Assembly: GCA_050951325.1 (NCBI GenBank)
Contig: JBMNIW010000001.1
Coordinates: forward strand, 129,229-193,228
From: Clostridia bacterium
Lineage (GTDB): Bacteria > Bacillota > Clostridia > UBA1212 > DUPL01
Reading direction: 5' to 3'
DNA: 64,000 bases
Every line of letters starts with the position of its first letter. Position 1 is the stretch's first letter. The notes beneath the pieces are model-generated. The model was not told where the DNA came from. It did not search any database and saw only the letters and a program-made list of their open reading frames with translations. Of this stretch, positions 9,217 to 18,073 are shown piece after piece. A program made the position numbers and the translations under genes.

Positions 9217-10344
9217 TTATCTCAGCATCTTCTGAAGTTTCTTGACGGAGTAAACAACTATTGCCACAACAACCACGCCAACTGATATTAAGACTATAGT
9301 TAGAACTTGTTTGGTACGTGAAGGTTCTACAAGGTCATCAATTACTTCTGAAACAATTATTCTGTCAATTCCCATGAAGAGCTGATCCGCTATGTAAATC
9401 CTTCCGTTTGCAACAGCAACACCTGAGTAATTTACACATCCTGGCATCCAACCAACAACCTCAATCACTTTCAGATTTTTGTCCAGTATATACACATTGG
9501 ATTCGCCTTCGCCATATCTTGAAACAAATACATAATCCTTGTGCAAATGTATTCCATATGCATCGTCAAGGGCAAATATCCTCTGAACCTTTTTCCAATC
9601 CTTATCAATTTTAAGAACCGTATCCCCTTTTGGGCGAAACATGTTCATGTTTGCAGTTAAGTATATGCTGCCGTCCTCATCAATCTTCAGGTAATTTGCC
9701 TGCGCAATAGGACTTCCCAAAAACTTGTCGAGATAAATCACACCATTTATTCCAACATCCTTTGCCGGAGAAATATTGCCAGGGTCTGTTACATCATAGC
9801 ATCTAACGGTATTCACATCGTAGTTGGTTATGAAGTACATGTAATATCTCTCGCCCTTTTTGGCAACTTCCACACCGTTAATGCCTACCTTGCCATCAAT
9901 CTCTATGACCTCATAGGACAACTCATTCAAATCCTTGTCAAGACAGGCAATGCTGACACTTCCTTCTGCAGTTTCACTGGTTATTCCTATGTACACATAA
10001 CCTCTGTCATCTGTAGCAATGCCTTTTATCATTCCGTTGTCCTTGTCATAGTAACTTATGCCGTCAAAACTTCCATCAGAAGTGTTCAAACGGAACAAGC
10101 CATTTTCTCCATGGACAAGACCTACATAAAGGTATTTGCCATCTTTAGAAACGGCAAACCCCCTCATGTACATGGCTCCCATTCTTTCCATGCCGTAAGT
10201 TTCAAGGACTGAAAACTGTGCGTTGGAAAAAGTTACTTTTCTGTTGGTTTCTTCTTCGCGCTCTTCCTCCTGGGCTGATATGCCAACAAGACTTGTCAGA
10301 ACAAGTATGATTAAAAATATGCATGTAGCTCTTTTATGTACCAC
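9217..10344 (-). CDS. Beta-propeller-repeat exported protein with a C-terminal TM anchor; first gene of the operon.
   Basis: Repeated YVYIG / IYIAD / IYLTAN strands. Tail VLTIVLISVGVVVVAIVVYSVKKLQKMLR. Start re-placed from the ORF-track TTG 10407 to GTG 10344, which follows AAGAGAGGT and yields the signal peptide MVHKRATCIFLIILVLTSLVGISA. Confidence 0.55.
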   Translation of the reverse strand: MVHKRATCIFLIILVLTSLVGISAQEEEREEETNRKVTFSNAQFSVLETYGMERMGAMYMRGFAVSKDGKYLYVGLVHGENGLFRLNTSDGSFDGISYYDKDNGMIKGIATDDRGYVYIGITSETAEGSVSIACLDKDLNELSYEVIEIDGKVGINGVEVAKKGERYYMYFITNYDVNTVRCYDVTDPGNISPAKDVGINGVIYLDKFLGSPIAQANYLKIDEDGSIYLTANMNMFRPKGDTVLKIDKDWKKVQRIFALDDAYGIHLHKDYVFVSRYGEGESNVYILDKNLKVIEVVGWMPGCVNYSGVAVANGRIYIADQLFMGIDRIIVSEVIDDLVEPSRTKQVLTIVLISVGVVVVAIVVYSVKKLQKMLR

Positions 10345-10378
10345 GATAATACCTCTCTTTTGATAATCTAACACGGGT

Positions 10379-10407
10379 ATTATAATACGTCCTGACAGGT
10401 TTTTCAA
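10379..10407 (-). promoter_or_regulatory. Candidate sigma-A promoter for the 8-gene minus-strand operon.
   Basis: Minus-strand reading TTGAAA - 17 nt - TATAAT, about 30 nt upstream of the GTG at 10344. Confidence 0.3.
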
Positions 10408-10439
10408 TCAATTCGGTCTGCAAGCACATATAAATAAAG

Positions 10440-10469
10440 TTGCATAACCTGTATTCCTAATGTTATCAT
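10440..10469 (+). promoter_or_regulatory. Candidate promoter of the Fnr-like regulator gene.
   Basis: TTGCAT - 17/18 nt - TTATCAT, about 30 nt upstream of GGAGGGATAAAATG. Confidence 0.35.
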
Positions 10470-10499
10470 ATCTTTATACATTGCTTATGGAGGGATAAA

Positions 10500-11216
10500 A
10501 TGAAATCAACCAAAGGATGTTCATACTGCAATCACACAAGCTGTGTAAGCAAGGTACCCATCTTTTCCTCTCTTGATGAAAGGGATGCAAGAGACATCGC
10601 AGCATTGATAGAACACAAAAACTATAAAAAAGGCGACATTCTAATCAATGAGGGCGACAAGGTAAACTCCATAACCATCATTAACACCGGTAGTGTAAAG
10701 GCATATAAATATACTCCAGACGGGAGGGAACAGATACTTTACGTACTGACTGAAGGTGACTTTTTCGGAGAACGCAGCCTGTTAAGCTCTGAAAATGCCG
10801 ATTTTTACATAGAAGCTCTTGATGATGTGGGAGTATGCGTGATAACAAAGGAAAGGTTCCACAGCCTACTTTACACCCATCCAGACATCGCCATAAACAT
10901 AATAGATGAACTGGGTAAAAGGATTGCAACAATGGAAAACGCATTCCAAAGCATTAGTGTGAGAAACCTCGATGCACGCATTGCAGCACTTTTATTGGAT
11001 TACGCAAACAGGTACGGCATAATGACAAAAGACGGGGTTAAAATAAATCTTCCCATAAGCAGAGAAGGCATGGCTAATCAGCTTGGTATTGCAAGAGAAA
11101 CAATGAGCAGGAAGCTGAGCCAGCTTGAGAAAAAAGGTATAATTCTTTCAGAAAATAATAAAACTTTGATAATTTACAACATGGATATGCTGGATGAAAT
11201 GGCGGGGATAAAATAA
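10500..11216 (+). CDS. Crp/Fnr-family transcriptional regulator with an N-terminal Cys cluster (Fnr-like).
   Basis: N-terminal CSYCNHTSC. cNMP-binding-like fold (GDILINEGD..FFGERSLL). C-terminal HTH REGMANQLGIARETMSRKLSQLE. Confidence 0.85.
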   Translation: MKSTKGCSYCNHTSCVSKVPIFSSLDERDARDIAALIEHKNYKKGDILINEGDKVNSITIINTGSVKAYKYTPDGREQILYVLTEGDFFGERSLLSSENADFYIEALDDVGVCVITKERFHSLLYTHPDIAINIIDELGKRIATMENAFQSISVRNLDARIAALLLDYANRYGIMTKDGVKINLPISREGMANQLGIARETMSRKLSQLEKKGIILSENNKTLIIYNMDMLDEMAGIK

Positions 11217-11407
11217 TGCTCCGCTGATTTATTTTTAATTAATATAATCACAAATTTATTTTAACATTCCTCATTGTACATGACAAATTATTTAATAAAT
11301 TAATGGTATACTTCACCCCACAAGTTAACGCCAGGTGATTCAAATCACATACAGGTTTCGTTTTACCGGGTAGAATAAAACTGTAGAAAATGTAAAGGGG
11401 ATGGAGC

Positions 11408-11878
11408 ATGACAACTTCGTACAATGACATGACCAAACAGGAACTTGCAAAACATATTGAAGAGAAATACCACGCATACCTTAGGGAGAACCTCCCCAGG
11501 ACATCGGAACTTCTTTACACTGTCCTAAGCAGCCACGGCAGTGATTACCATGTACTGTTTGAAGTATACAGCCTGTTTGGTCAATTGAGAGCAATCCTTG
11601 AGCAGCATTTGCTGAAAGAGGAAACACTGCTCTTCAGCAAGCTGGGCCATGGGAACAATGCTTTTGCAAAGAAAGAAATTGCAATAGACCTCATGAAAGA
11701 ACACGACAGAACAAGGCATATTCTCAACAGGCTCAAGGATATAACCAATGGCTATGATACTACCAACATACTATGTTCTGACTTCAAGCAGGCATATGTA
11801 ATGTTGAACACAATAACGCAGGATTTGTTAAATCATTATTACCTTGAAGAAACCATGCTGTTAAAGGAGTTTGTTTAA
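11408..11878 (+). CDS. Hemerythrin-like (HHE cation-binding) di-iron protein, RIC/ScdA-like C-terminal domain type.
   Basis: Repeated H/E ligand spacing: EKYHAYLRENLP, EQHLLKEETLLF, HDRTRHIL. Length 156 aa. Confidence 0.55.
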   Translation: MTTSYNDMTKQELAKHIEEKYHAYLRENLPRTSELLYTVLSSHGSDYHVLFEVYSLFGQLRAILEQHLLKEETLLFSKLGHGNNAFAKKEIAIDLMKEHDRTRHILNRLKDITNGYDTTNILCSDFKQAYVMLNTITQDLLNHYYLEETMLLKEFV

Positions 11879-11879
11879 A

Positions 11880-12104
11880 ATGGAAAAAGTTATTGATTTG
11901 AATAAAACCGTATTTGAATTATGCAATGAGGATCCTGCAATAAAAGACATACTGGCGGATTCAGGTTTTACCGACATAACAAAACCGGGAATGCTTCAAA
12001 CCGCCGGCAGGTTCATGACAATACCAAAAGGAGCAAAGCTTAAGAAAATAGACTTGGAGACCATCAAAAAGAAATTTATTGATTTGGGATATGTAGTAAA
12101 ATAA
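11880..12104 (+). CDS. Small hypothetical protein, possibly DUF1858-like.
   Basis: 74 aa from the ATG at 11880 (AAAGGAG RBS); the ORF-track TTG at 11871 was disregarded. Overlaps the previous gene's stop. Confidence 0.35.
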   Translation: MEKVIDLNKTVFELCNEDPAIKDILADSGFTDITKPGMLQTAGRFMTIPKGAKLKKIDLETIKKKFIDLGYVVK

Positions 12105-12132
12105 TTCGCCCCTTCGGGGGTGAATTATTTTA
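12104..12132. terminator. Bidirectional intrinsic terminator between convergent genes.
   Basis: UUCGCCCC-UUCG-GGGGUGAA (8-bp stem with a GU wobble, UUCG tetraloop), flanked by T-runs on both strands. Confidence 0.6.
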
Positions 12133-12819
12133 TGAATCTATCCTTATCTTTACAAAGAAATACGAAAGAAAAACAAACGCAATCAGACATATGACAAGAA
12201 AGTCATCCCTAGTCTTGGGATTCCTGGGATTCATCGTATACACATTTATATTATCAACAGTCATCAATCCGTTTTCGCTGTAAAAACCCACACTCCCCTT
12301 TTCTGTCGCATACCGTTCTTTCAAATCAATACTGTATAAATGAGTATCATTTACAAATATGGAGACAGTAGACCCATCGTCATAAATGGAATACTTGTTT
12401 AATATGGATAAATCAAAACCTTCGGGAAAACCTGCACTTTGTTCATGACCTTTTACACTCACTGTAAACTTGTCATAATCCCCAATCACAAAAGTTACAC
12501 TAACATCTCCACCCCTTGTCACAACACCAAAGACTTCTGCGTCTTTTGGTGCCATATGAAACTCCAGCTTGTATTGACAAAATTCTTTTTCTGAATAAAA
12601 CTCTCCCGACAACTCAAACCTGCCCTGGCTTGTTATTTTTGATATATTTAAATCATCCATCACCCAGTCCTTTATCAAATCCTTTTCATCTTTTAACGAG
12701 CCGTCTTCAGTCTGGAAAGTCTCTTCAAACACAAGCGTATAGGAGTATTGTTTTAAATATTCATTTACATTGGCAACCAGCAGTATGCTAAGAAGAAATA
12801 TGATAAAACCGTTTTTCAC
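12130..12819 (-). CDS. Hypothetical exported protein with a beta-sandwich (LamG/DUF1080-like?) core and a C-terminal TM anchor.
   Basis: GTG 12819 follows AAGGAGA (ORF-track ATG 12837 is possible but has no RBS). Signal VKNGFIIFLLSILLVA. Tail FLVICLIAFVFLSYFFVKIRIDS. Confidence 0.5.
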   Translation of the reverse strand: MKNGFIIFLLSILLVANVNEYLKQYSYTLVFEETFQTEDGSLKDEKDLIKDWVMDDLNISKITSQGRFELSGEFYSEKEFCQYKLEFHMAPKDAEVFGVVTRGGDVSVTFVIGDYDKFTVSVKGHEQSAGFPEGFDLSILNKYSIYDDGSTVSIFVNDTHLYSIDLKERYATEKGSVGFYSENGLMTVDNINVYTMNPRNPKTRDDFLVICLIAFVFLSYFFVKIRIDS

Positions 12820-12894
12820 GCCAATCTCCTTTTCCATTGTATAACTATACTAAATATGGACGGTTTGACTGAAAAATATTTTGTTATTTTTTCA

Positions 12895-12925
12895 CAAGCA
12901 AAAACCCCGTTTACAACGGGGCTTT
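12895..12925 (-). terminator. Intrinsic terminator downstream of 12935..13246.
   Basis: Minus-strand transcript GCCCCGUUGUAAACGGGGUUUUUGC: 7-bp GC stem plus U5. Confidence 0.55.
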
Positions 12926-12934
12926 CACATGTGA

Positions 12935-13246
12935 TTAAAGCTTGTTACGTTTTAGTTGTTCGCTTGTTGGCAATACATTTTTCAAATCCTTGATATAATT
13001 GCCACCTCTGTTCCAACGTTTCATAAAGGCAGGTGTAAATGTAATACCTTGTTGTTTGATATGTACTCCGGAAATCCAAAATTGTGGTACGTTATTTACT
13101 ATAAATTTTTCATCGTTCAGTTCTAAAACTCGTACTCTGTCAAAACATATTACCCTGTACCCGCCATAATCCCTAATACGTACCGTGCCAGTACCTTCGC
13201 CATACTTGTTGCAGGTATCATCCATCGTCAATATCTTCCTCTCCAT
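12935..13246 (-). CDS. Hypothetical 103-aa protein, monocistronic.
   Basis: ORF with its own downstream terminator. A GGAGAGGAAG sequence precedes an internal ATG (13225), which is an alternative start. No family recognised. Confidence 0.4.
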   Translation of the reverse strand: MERKILTMDDTCNKYGEGTGTVRIRDYGGYRVICFDRVRVLELNDEKFIVNNVPQFWISGVHIKQQGITFTPAFMKRWNRGGNYIKDLKNVLPTSEQLKRNKL

Positions 13247-13358
13247 AAATAATGCGCATTCTGTTTTAACAGGATATGTTTACCACACGATTATGGATTA
13301 TACCACAACATCTTGTTGTTTACCATGTTGTTTATGATAAATTTATACTGTTTACATT

Positions 13359-16022
13359 TCATTTAAAATTTGTTTTCTTTACAACCTCCAAAAACACTGG
13401 AACAAGGCCCGGATCAAAATATCTGCCAGACTCGAATTCAATTTCTCTAATAATTTCCTCAAAGGACATTTTGTCCAGCATCCTGTCAAAAGCCTCTGCA
13501 ATTGCAACTATCCTTGATATGATGGGTATTTCTTCGCCCTTCAAACCTTTAGGATAGCCTGAACCGTCCCACTTCTCGTGGTGACTAAGTACACTGTCTG
13601 CATAATCAACCGTATACTCAAACAGATTGAGGATTCTATAACCAATAAACGAGTGCTGCTGCATGGTTTGCATTTCGTCTTCTGTTAAAGTTGATTTTGT
13701 AAGGAGATTCTTGTCAACTCCAATCTTTCCAATGTCATGCAAATATCCTATCTCTTTGAGTTTTCTGACATCAGGACGCTCAAAACCAAGAGCTTTTGCC
13801 ATCTCTTCGCAAAGCAGACTTACCCTCCTGGAATGTATCTTCTCCCTTTCAGCTCTCTCATGCAAAAGTTTCATAAAAGAACTTATGGCTTCTCTGCTGA
13901 ACTTGCCACTCATTCTTCCCTTGTTCTTGTACATTTCACTCTCGGCATTCGTAAGTATAAGTCTAATATCCTGAAACCTGCTGTTCTTGATGCTGTAACC
14001 CATCGCAATAGTACATCGAACAGCATGCACGTATTCATCAGAAACATCCTTGTTTATTGAATCTATAATCTCTTTTACAGCATCTTCATCCGTATTCGGC
14101 ATAAGAACGACAAACTCGTCTCCTCCAACCCTTGCAGTCACACTGTCTTCCTTTACATTCTTCCTTATGCAATTAGCCGCCTTTACAATAAGTTCATCGC
14201 CTGCATCATGTCCAAATATATCGTTTGTAAGTTTAAGACCATTCAAATCCGCATAAATTATAGCAAGGGGCAAGTTCTCTCTATTATCGTATTCATCCAA
14301 CAGTTGTTCAAAATATCTCTTGTTGACAAAACCCGTAAGGGAGTCGTGGTTCGAAAGATACATGATTCTCCTCTCTTCTTCCTTCCTACTTGTAATATCT
14401 ACAAAAGTAACCACTGCACCAATTATTTTGCCATCCTTGAACTGGGGATACGAGTAATATGAGACATTGATTTGAGTACCATCCTTCCTAACAAAGGTTT
14501 CATCATCAGAGAAATATCCAATACCGTCAATTATGCTTTTGACAACCTTGCAATCGCTTCTCTTTACCTTGTTTCCCTGCATGTCATAACCGTGCACAAG
14601 CTCATGCACGTCCTGCCCCAAAAGCTCTTCCTCGCTGTCATATCCCATCACCTGTATACAGCTTTTATTGCAGAACACACAAACTCCGTTTACATCAACA
14701 CCGAAAATACATTCCGCTGCGGAATCAAGAATAATTCTAAGCTGCTCTTCCTTCTCTTTAATTTGGATATTCAAATCCTCCAGTGCAGAAGTCCTCTCCT
14801 TGACCTTTTTCTCCAAATCATTTACAAGAGAATCGATGGTTTCTGCCATTTCATTGAATGCTCTTGTAATCTTTCCAAGCTCGTCGTTTCTTGAAACATC
14901 AACTCTTGTTGACAAGTCTCCTCTTGCAAATTTCTCAGTGGATTCTATAAGATGGTTTACCGGTCTTACCAATTTGTTGGTTATACCGTAGTATATGATA
15001 ATTGATGATATGAGAAAAAGAATTACCAAAACCGATGTAAGTGCAATGTTGATTCTTACGTCCTTCATTAGATAGCTTTCGGGAACAGCAGTACACACAA
15101 TCCAATCCATACCGCTTTCACTGTGAACGAAATTGAAATACATGCCTTTGTACTTAAACTGGCTTATGCCTGTTTTATTGAACTTGTCGTATGCCTCATC
15201 AAAAACATTATTTCCAATGTCGTAAATGTTTCTTCTTATCCTCTCTCCGTCCATTTCAACGTAATTTTCAAGACCAAGAGAGTTTGCTACAAGCAATCCC
15301 GTGTTCCTTTCAGCTATGAAAGCATATCCCTTCTTGCCTTTGACCGTTTCCGTCAAAAAATTATCAAGGTCTGAAAGAACAATGTGGACGCCCAACACAC
15401 CCAGAAAATCTCCGTTTTTTGTTAAAATGGACTTTGAAACAGAAACTGTAAATGCAGGCCTTACAAAATGATAATAGAGGTCTGAAAAAACAACGCTGCG
15501 TGTTGTCTGGGCCTTTTGGTACCAATCCCTCGTTCTTACATCAAACTTTCCAAACTTGCCTGTTAGCCGGCCAATTGTCAGATCATCATTTATAGAATAG
15601 TACCATGATTCACCATTGGTTTCCTTATTGTTTCTCATTATCTCAATAACGTCATTCTCATTTCTTCTAGCCCCGTAATACTCTCCATCCGGTGTGCCGA
15701 TACTGAAACTGTATATATTTTTGTCAAGAGACTTCAGGTTGCTAACAAAAAAATAATATAGCGCATCTTCGTCCTGAATATCGATTAGCTGGTTTTCAAA
15801 ATGTCTGCTGTTCACTTCGATGGTCATTATGGATATATCGAGAACTTGCTCAATCTTGTCGCAGATGGTGTGATGCAGGTCATAGGCCTGACTCTTCATA
15901 GTGTTCCGGGCTGAAAGGCTCCAGTTAACAAACACCACCGTAAGCGCAATAAACACTGCTACTATCATGGCTATTACGAATATTAGTACAATTATACCTC
16001 TAATAGACAGAACCTTCTTCAT
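13359..16022 (-). CDS. Membrane sensor protein: Cache-like periplasmic region, HAMP, PAS, GGDEF and HD-GYP domains (c-di-GMP turnover).
   Basis: N-terminal TM. HAMP LVRPVNHLIESTEKFARGDLSTRVD. GGDEF RVGGDEFVVL. HD-GYP HHEKWDGSGYPKGLKG. Start set to ATG 16022 (M4 of the ORF-track GTG start). Confidence 0.85.
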   Translation of the reverse strand: MKKVLSIRGIIVLIFVIAMIVAVFIALTVVFVNWSLSARNTMKSQAYDLHHTICDKIEQVLDISIMTIEVNSRHFENQLIDIQDEDALYYFFVSNLKSLDKNIYSFSIGTPDGEYYGARRNENDVIEIMRNNKETNGESWYYSINDDLTIGRLTGKFGKFDVRTRDWYQKAQTTRSVVFSDLYYHFVRPAFTVSVSKSILTKNGDFLGVLGVHIVLSDLDNFLTETVKGKKGYAFIAERNTGLLVANSLGLENYVEMDGERIRRNIYDIGNNVFDEAYDKFNKTGISQFKYKGMYFNFVHSESGMDWIVCTAVPESYLMKDVRINIALTSVLVILFLISSIIIYYGITNKLVRPVNHLIESTEKFARGDLSTRVDVSRNDELGKITRAFNEMAETIDSLVNDLEKKVKERTSALEDLNIQIKEKEEQLRIILDSAAECIFGVDVNGVCVFCNKSCIQVMGYDSEEELLGQDVHELVHGYDMQGNKVKRSDCKVVKSIIDGIGYFSDDETFVRKDGTQINVSYYSYPQFKDGKIIGAVVTFVDITSRKEEERRIMYLSNHDSLTGFVNKRYFEQLLDEYDNRENLPLAIIYADLNGLKLTNDIFGHDAGDELIVKAANCIRKNVKEDSVTARVGGDEFVVLMPNTDEDAVKEIIDSINKDVSDEYVHAVRCTIAMGYSIKNSRFQDIRLILTNAESEMYKNKGRMSGKFSREAISSFMKLLHERAEREKIHSRRVSLLCEEMAKALGFERPDVRKLKEIGYLHDIGKIGVDKNLLTKSTLTEDEMQTMQQHSFIGYRILNLFEYTVDYADSVLSHHEKWDGSGYPKGLKGEEIPIISRIVAIAEAFDRMLDKMSFEEIIREIEFESGRYFDPGLVPVFLEVVKKTNFK

Positions 16023-16118
16023 AGATGACACCCTGCAACAAATTCAAGCAATAAAATTTTATATTTTAAAACATTCAACCCATTGTACCTTATTTTAATA
16101 ATATTTACAATTATTTTT

Positions 16119-16475
16119 TTAGCTTCCCAGATGAGACCAATTAGCCCTCATCTCATAAAGTGCATCGACACTCCCTGATACATCTTCAATCTTAATGCAT
16201 CCCTTTAGCTTGTACAGATTTATTATCAAGTTGTTCATTTCTTTTCTTTCTATGGCAAACTGCATCCAACGAAACTTTTTTTGTGCCAATTCTTTGTAAA
16301 GAGCATCCGTCTTCTCGGATGCCTTGTCCCAGTCACCATTAAGAGCGCTGTTTTCTATGTCGTCAAAAAGTTCAGGTATGCTTTTAATAAACGGATGAAA
16401 GATAAAGGCCGTATTCATAACAAAAACAAACACAGCAATCAAAGCAATAGGAATTAAAGCCTTTACTATCTTCAT
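16119..16475 (-). CDS. DUF4363-family small membrane protein.
   Basis: 118 aa with an N-terminal TM, AAGGAGG RBS, paired with the upstream DUF421 gene (a pairing that recurs in Firmicutes). Confidence 0.55.
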   Translation of the reverse strand: MKIVKALIPIALIAVFVFVMNTAFIFHPFIKSIPELFDDIENSALNGDWDKASEKTDALYKELAQKKFRWMQFAIERKEMNNLIINLYKLKGCIKIEDVSGSVDALYEMRANWSHLGS

Positions 16476-16486
16476 ATTAAACCTCC

Positions 16487-17206
16487 TTAGTCGGTTATGT
16501 CAGTAACATTATCCCTGTTAATATGATCTTTGTACAAATCAACGTACAAAGTACCATCCTGTTTTCTTGACATGTACATGACCTCACCCGGTGAATCTAT
16601 ATTCATCTTTTTAAGCTCTCCATAAAGCCACTTTGTGTCCAGTTTCAGCTGCCTTAAATTTGAGTATATAACAACACCATCATAAATTATTTCTGTTGCC
16701 ACGCTCTCAGGCTGCACCGCCACATTCATGTCCTTTCGTGTAACACTTTGATGCTCAGCCTTTTTGAGAACGGAAAGCCTTCCATCCTTCTCAATTATCG
16801 CAAACTCCACCTGGGTTATGTCATATACGTCCTTCTGCCTAAGCTGCTCAACCAAATCATCAATCCTGTATCTTAGTTTCTTCATGGCATCTTCCATTAT
16901 CTTTCCGTTCATGATAACTATCGTAGGCTCACCATCAAGATATATGGAAAGCTTTCTTGATTTAGTGGTGATCCACTGGATTAACCAAACCAGCAAGGTC
17001 CACATAAAAAGACCAGCCCAATGAGGCCATGCTCTTGAATCCAGATCGGTGGTCAAAGATGCAGCCACAGAACCAATCGTTATCCCAAGAATGTAATCAA
17101 AGAAGGTAAGCTGACTAATCTGCTGCTTGCCAAGAACTCTTGTAAAAATCAGAAGTGTGAAAAAGGCAATAATACTCCTGACAATAACTACAATCGGTTC
17201 ATTCAT
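16487..17206 (-). CDS. DUF421 (YetF-like) membrane protein.
   Basis: Start moved to ATG 17206, which follows AAAGGGGGAAGAAGC. Product MNEPIVVIVRSIIAFFTLLIFTRVLGKQQISQLTFFDYILGITIGSVAA... Soluble C-terminal domain. Confidence 0.65.
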   Translation of the reverse strand: MNEPIVVIVRSIIAFFTLLIFTRVLGKQQISQLTFFDYILGITIGSVAASLTTDLDSRAWPHWAGLFMWTLLVWLIQWITTKSRKLSIYLDGEPTIVIMNGKIMEDAMKKLRYRIDDLVEQLRQKDVYDITQVEFAIIEKDGRLSVLKKAEHQSVTRKDMNVAVQPESVATEIIYDGVVIYSNLRQLKLDTKWLYGELKKMNIDSPGEVMYMSRKQDGTLYVDLYKDHINRDNVTDITD

Positions 17207-17365
17207 GCTTCTTCCCCCTTTTTTAGCTATTATCTCCAACCAGAGGAAAAAACATGCCTTAATCAACCAATTATGTCTTTTGAATTATACACTTGATAAT
17301 TCCCCTCTTCTCCATTTTCGCATCATATTGCACACTCTTTTCAAATGCCAGCACAATTTGTTACT

Positions 17366-17956
17366 TTACAACTTTGTAGAAGTTCTTGCCATTACCCTAT
17401 AATTCACCGGACATATGCCAAGTTTCTGCTTGAAAAGCCTTGAAAAATAGAAAGGATCAGAATATCCGCACAAATATGCTATCTCACTTACCGACATGTC
17501 AGAATACTGTAGTTTTTCACAAGCAATCTCGAGTTTCCTTTGAATAATGAAAAACATAGGACTTTTTCCAAAGGTTTTAGTAAAACTGCGCCTGAAGGTG
17601 GATAACGACATATTCATTACAGCTGCAAGTTCACTTACACTAATGCTCCTTGCAATATTCCTATTTATATACTCAATTGCAGGCATCATGTATTCAGTAT
17701 TATCAGGATAATTTATATCACTTGCACTGTCTTTTAGTGCTTCATACAGCATATCAAGCGCAAGACTCTGCACCTTTATTTGCAATGCCAAAGATTCGTC
17801 TTTTGAAAAATCCGCAAGTTTGGCACATATTTCACCTAAGATTTTCGCTTTTTCATCTTTGTATTTAAAGGGAATACTGCACAAGGACAGAAAATCAAAA
17901 AACTTGTTGTAAGTATATGAGATATGCGCCCAGCTCAATTTGCTCCACTCCGTCAC
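17366..17956 (-). CDS. AraC-family HTH regulator lacking an N-terminal sensor domain; possibly a degraded gene.
   Basis: C-terminal AraC HTH (ELAAVMNMSLSTFRRSFTKTFGKSPMFFIIQRKLEIACEKL..EIAYLCGYSDPFYFSRLFKQKLGICPVNYR). Only ~90 aa precede it. GTG start with no convincing RBS; the upstream in-frame region (to the stop at 18005) has no start codon. Confidence 0.5.
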   Translation of the reverse strand: MTEWSKLSWAHISYTYNKFFDFLSLCSIPFKYKDEKAKILGEICAKLADFSKDESLALQIKVQSLALDMLYEALKDSASDINYPDNTEYMMPAIEYINRNIARSISVSELAAVMNMSLSTFRRSFTKTFGKSPMFFIIQRKLEIACEKLQYSDMSVSEIAYLCGYSDPFYFSRLFKQKLGICPVNYRVMARTSTKL

Positions 17957-18073
17957 CTTTATATGATGCTTGACATAAGGTTTGATCCAGAAAGCATCTG
18001 TCCTTTATCCCATGCTCCCCTATTTCCTCTCCATTTTTTCCAATTATCCACCGTGGTTCCAATCCCATCGTAT

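Noticed and set aside
10407-10407. ORF-track starts at TTG/GTG codons (10407, 6910, 21343, 32307, 33024, 59587, 11871, 40328).
   Set aside because: The track translates alternative starts as M. Each was re-placed on a downstream ATG/GTG preceded by a Shine-Dalgarno-like sequence, which also produces sensible signal peptides or lipoboxes.
11260-11300. Possible Crp/Fnr operator TTGTACATGACAA upstream of the hemerythrin-like gene.
   Set aside because: The half-site spacing does not fit TTGAT-N4-ATCAA or TGTGA-N6-TCACA. This is too weak to call without a matrix scan.
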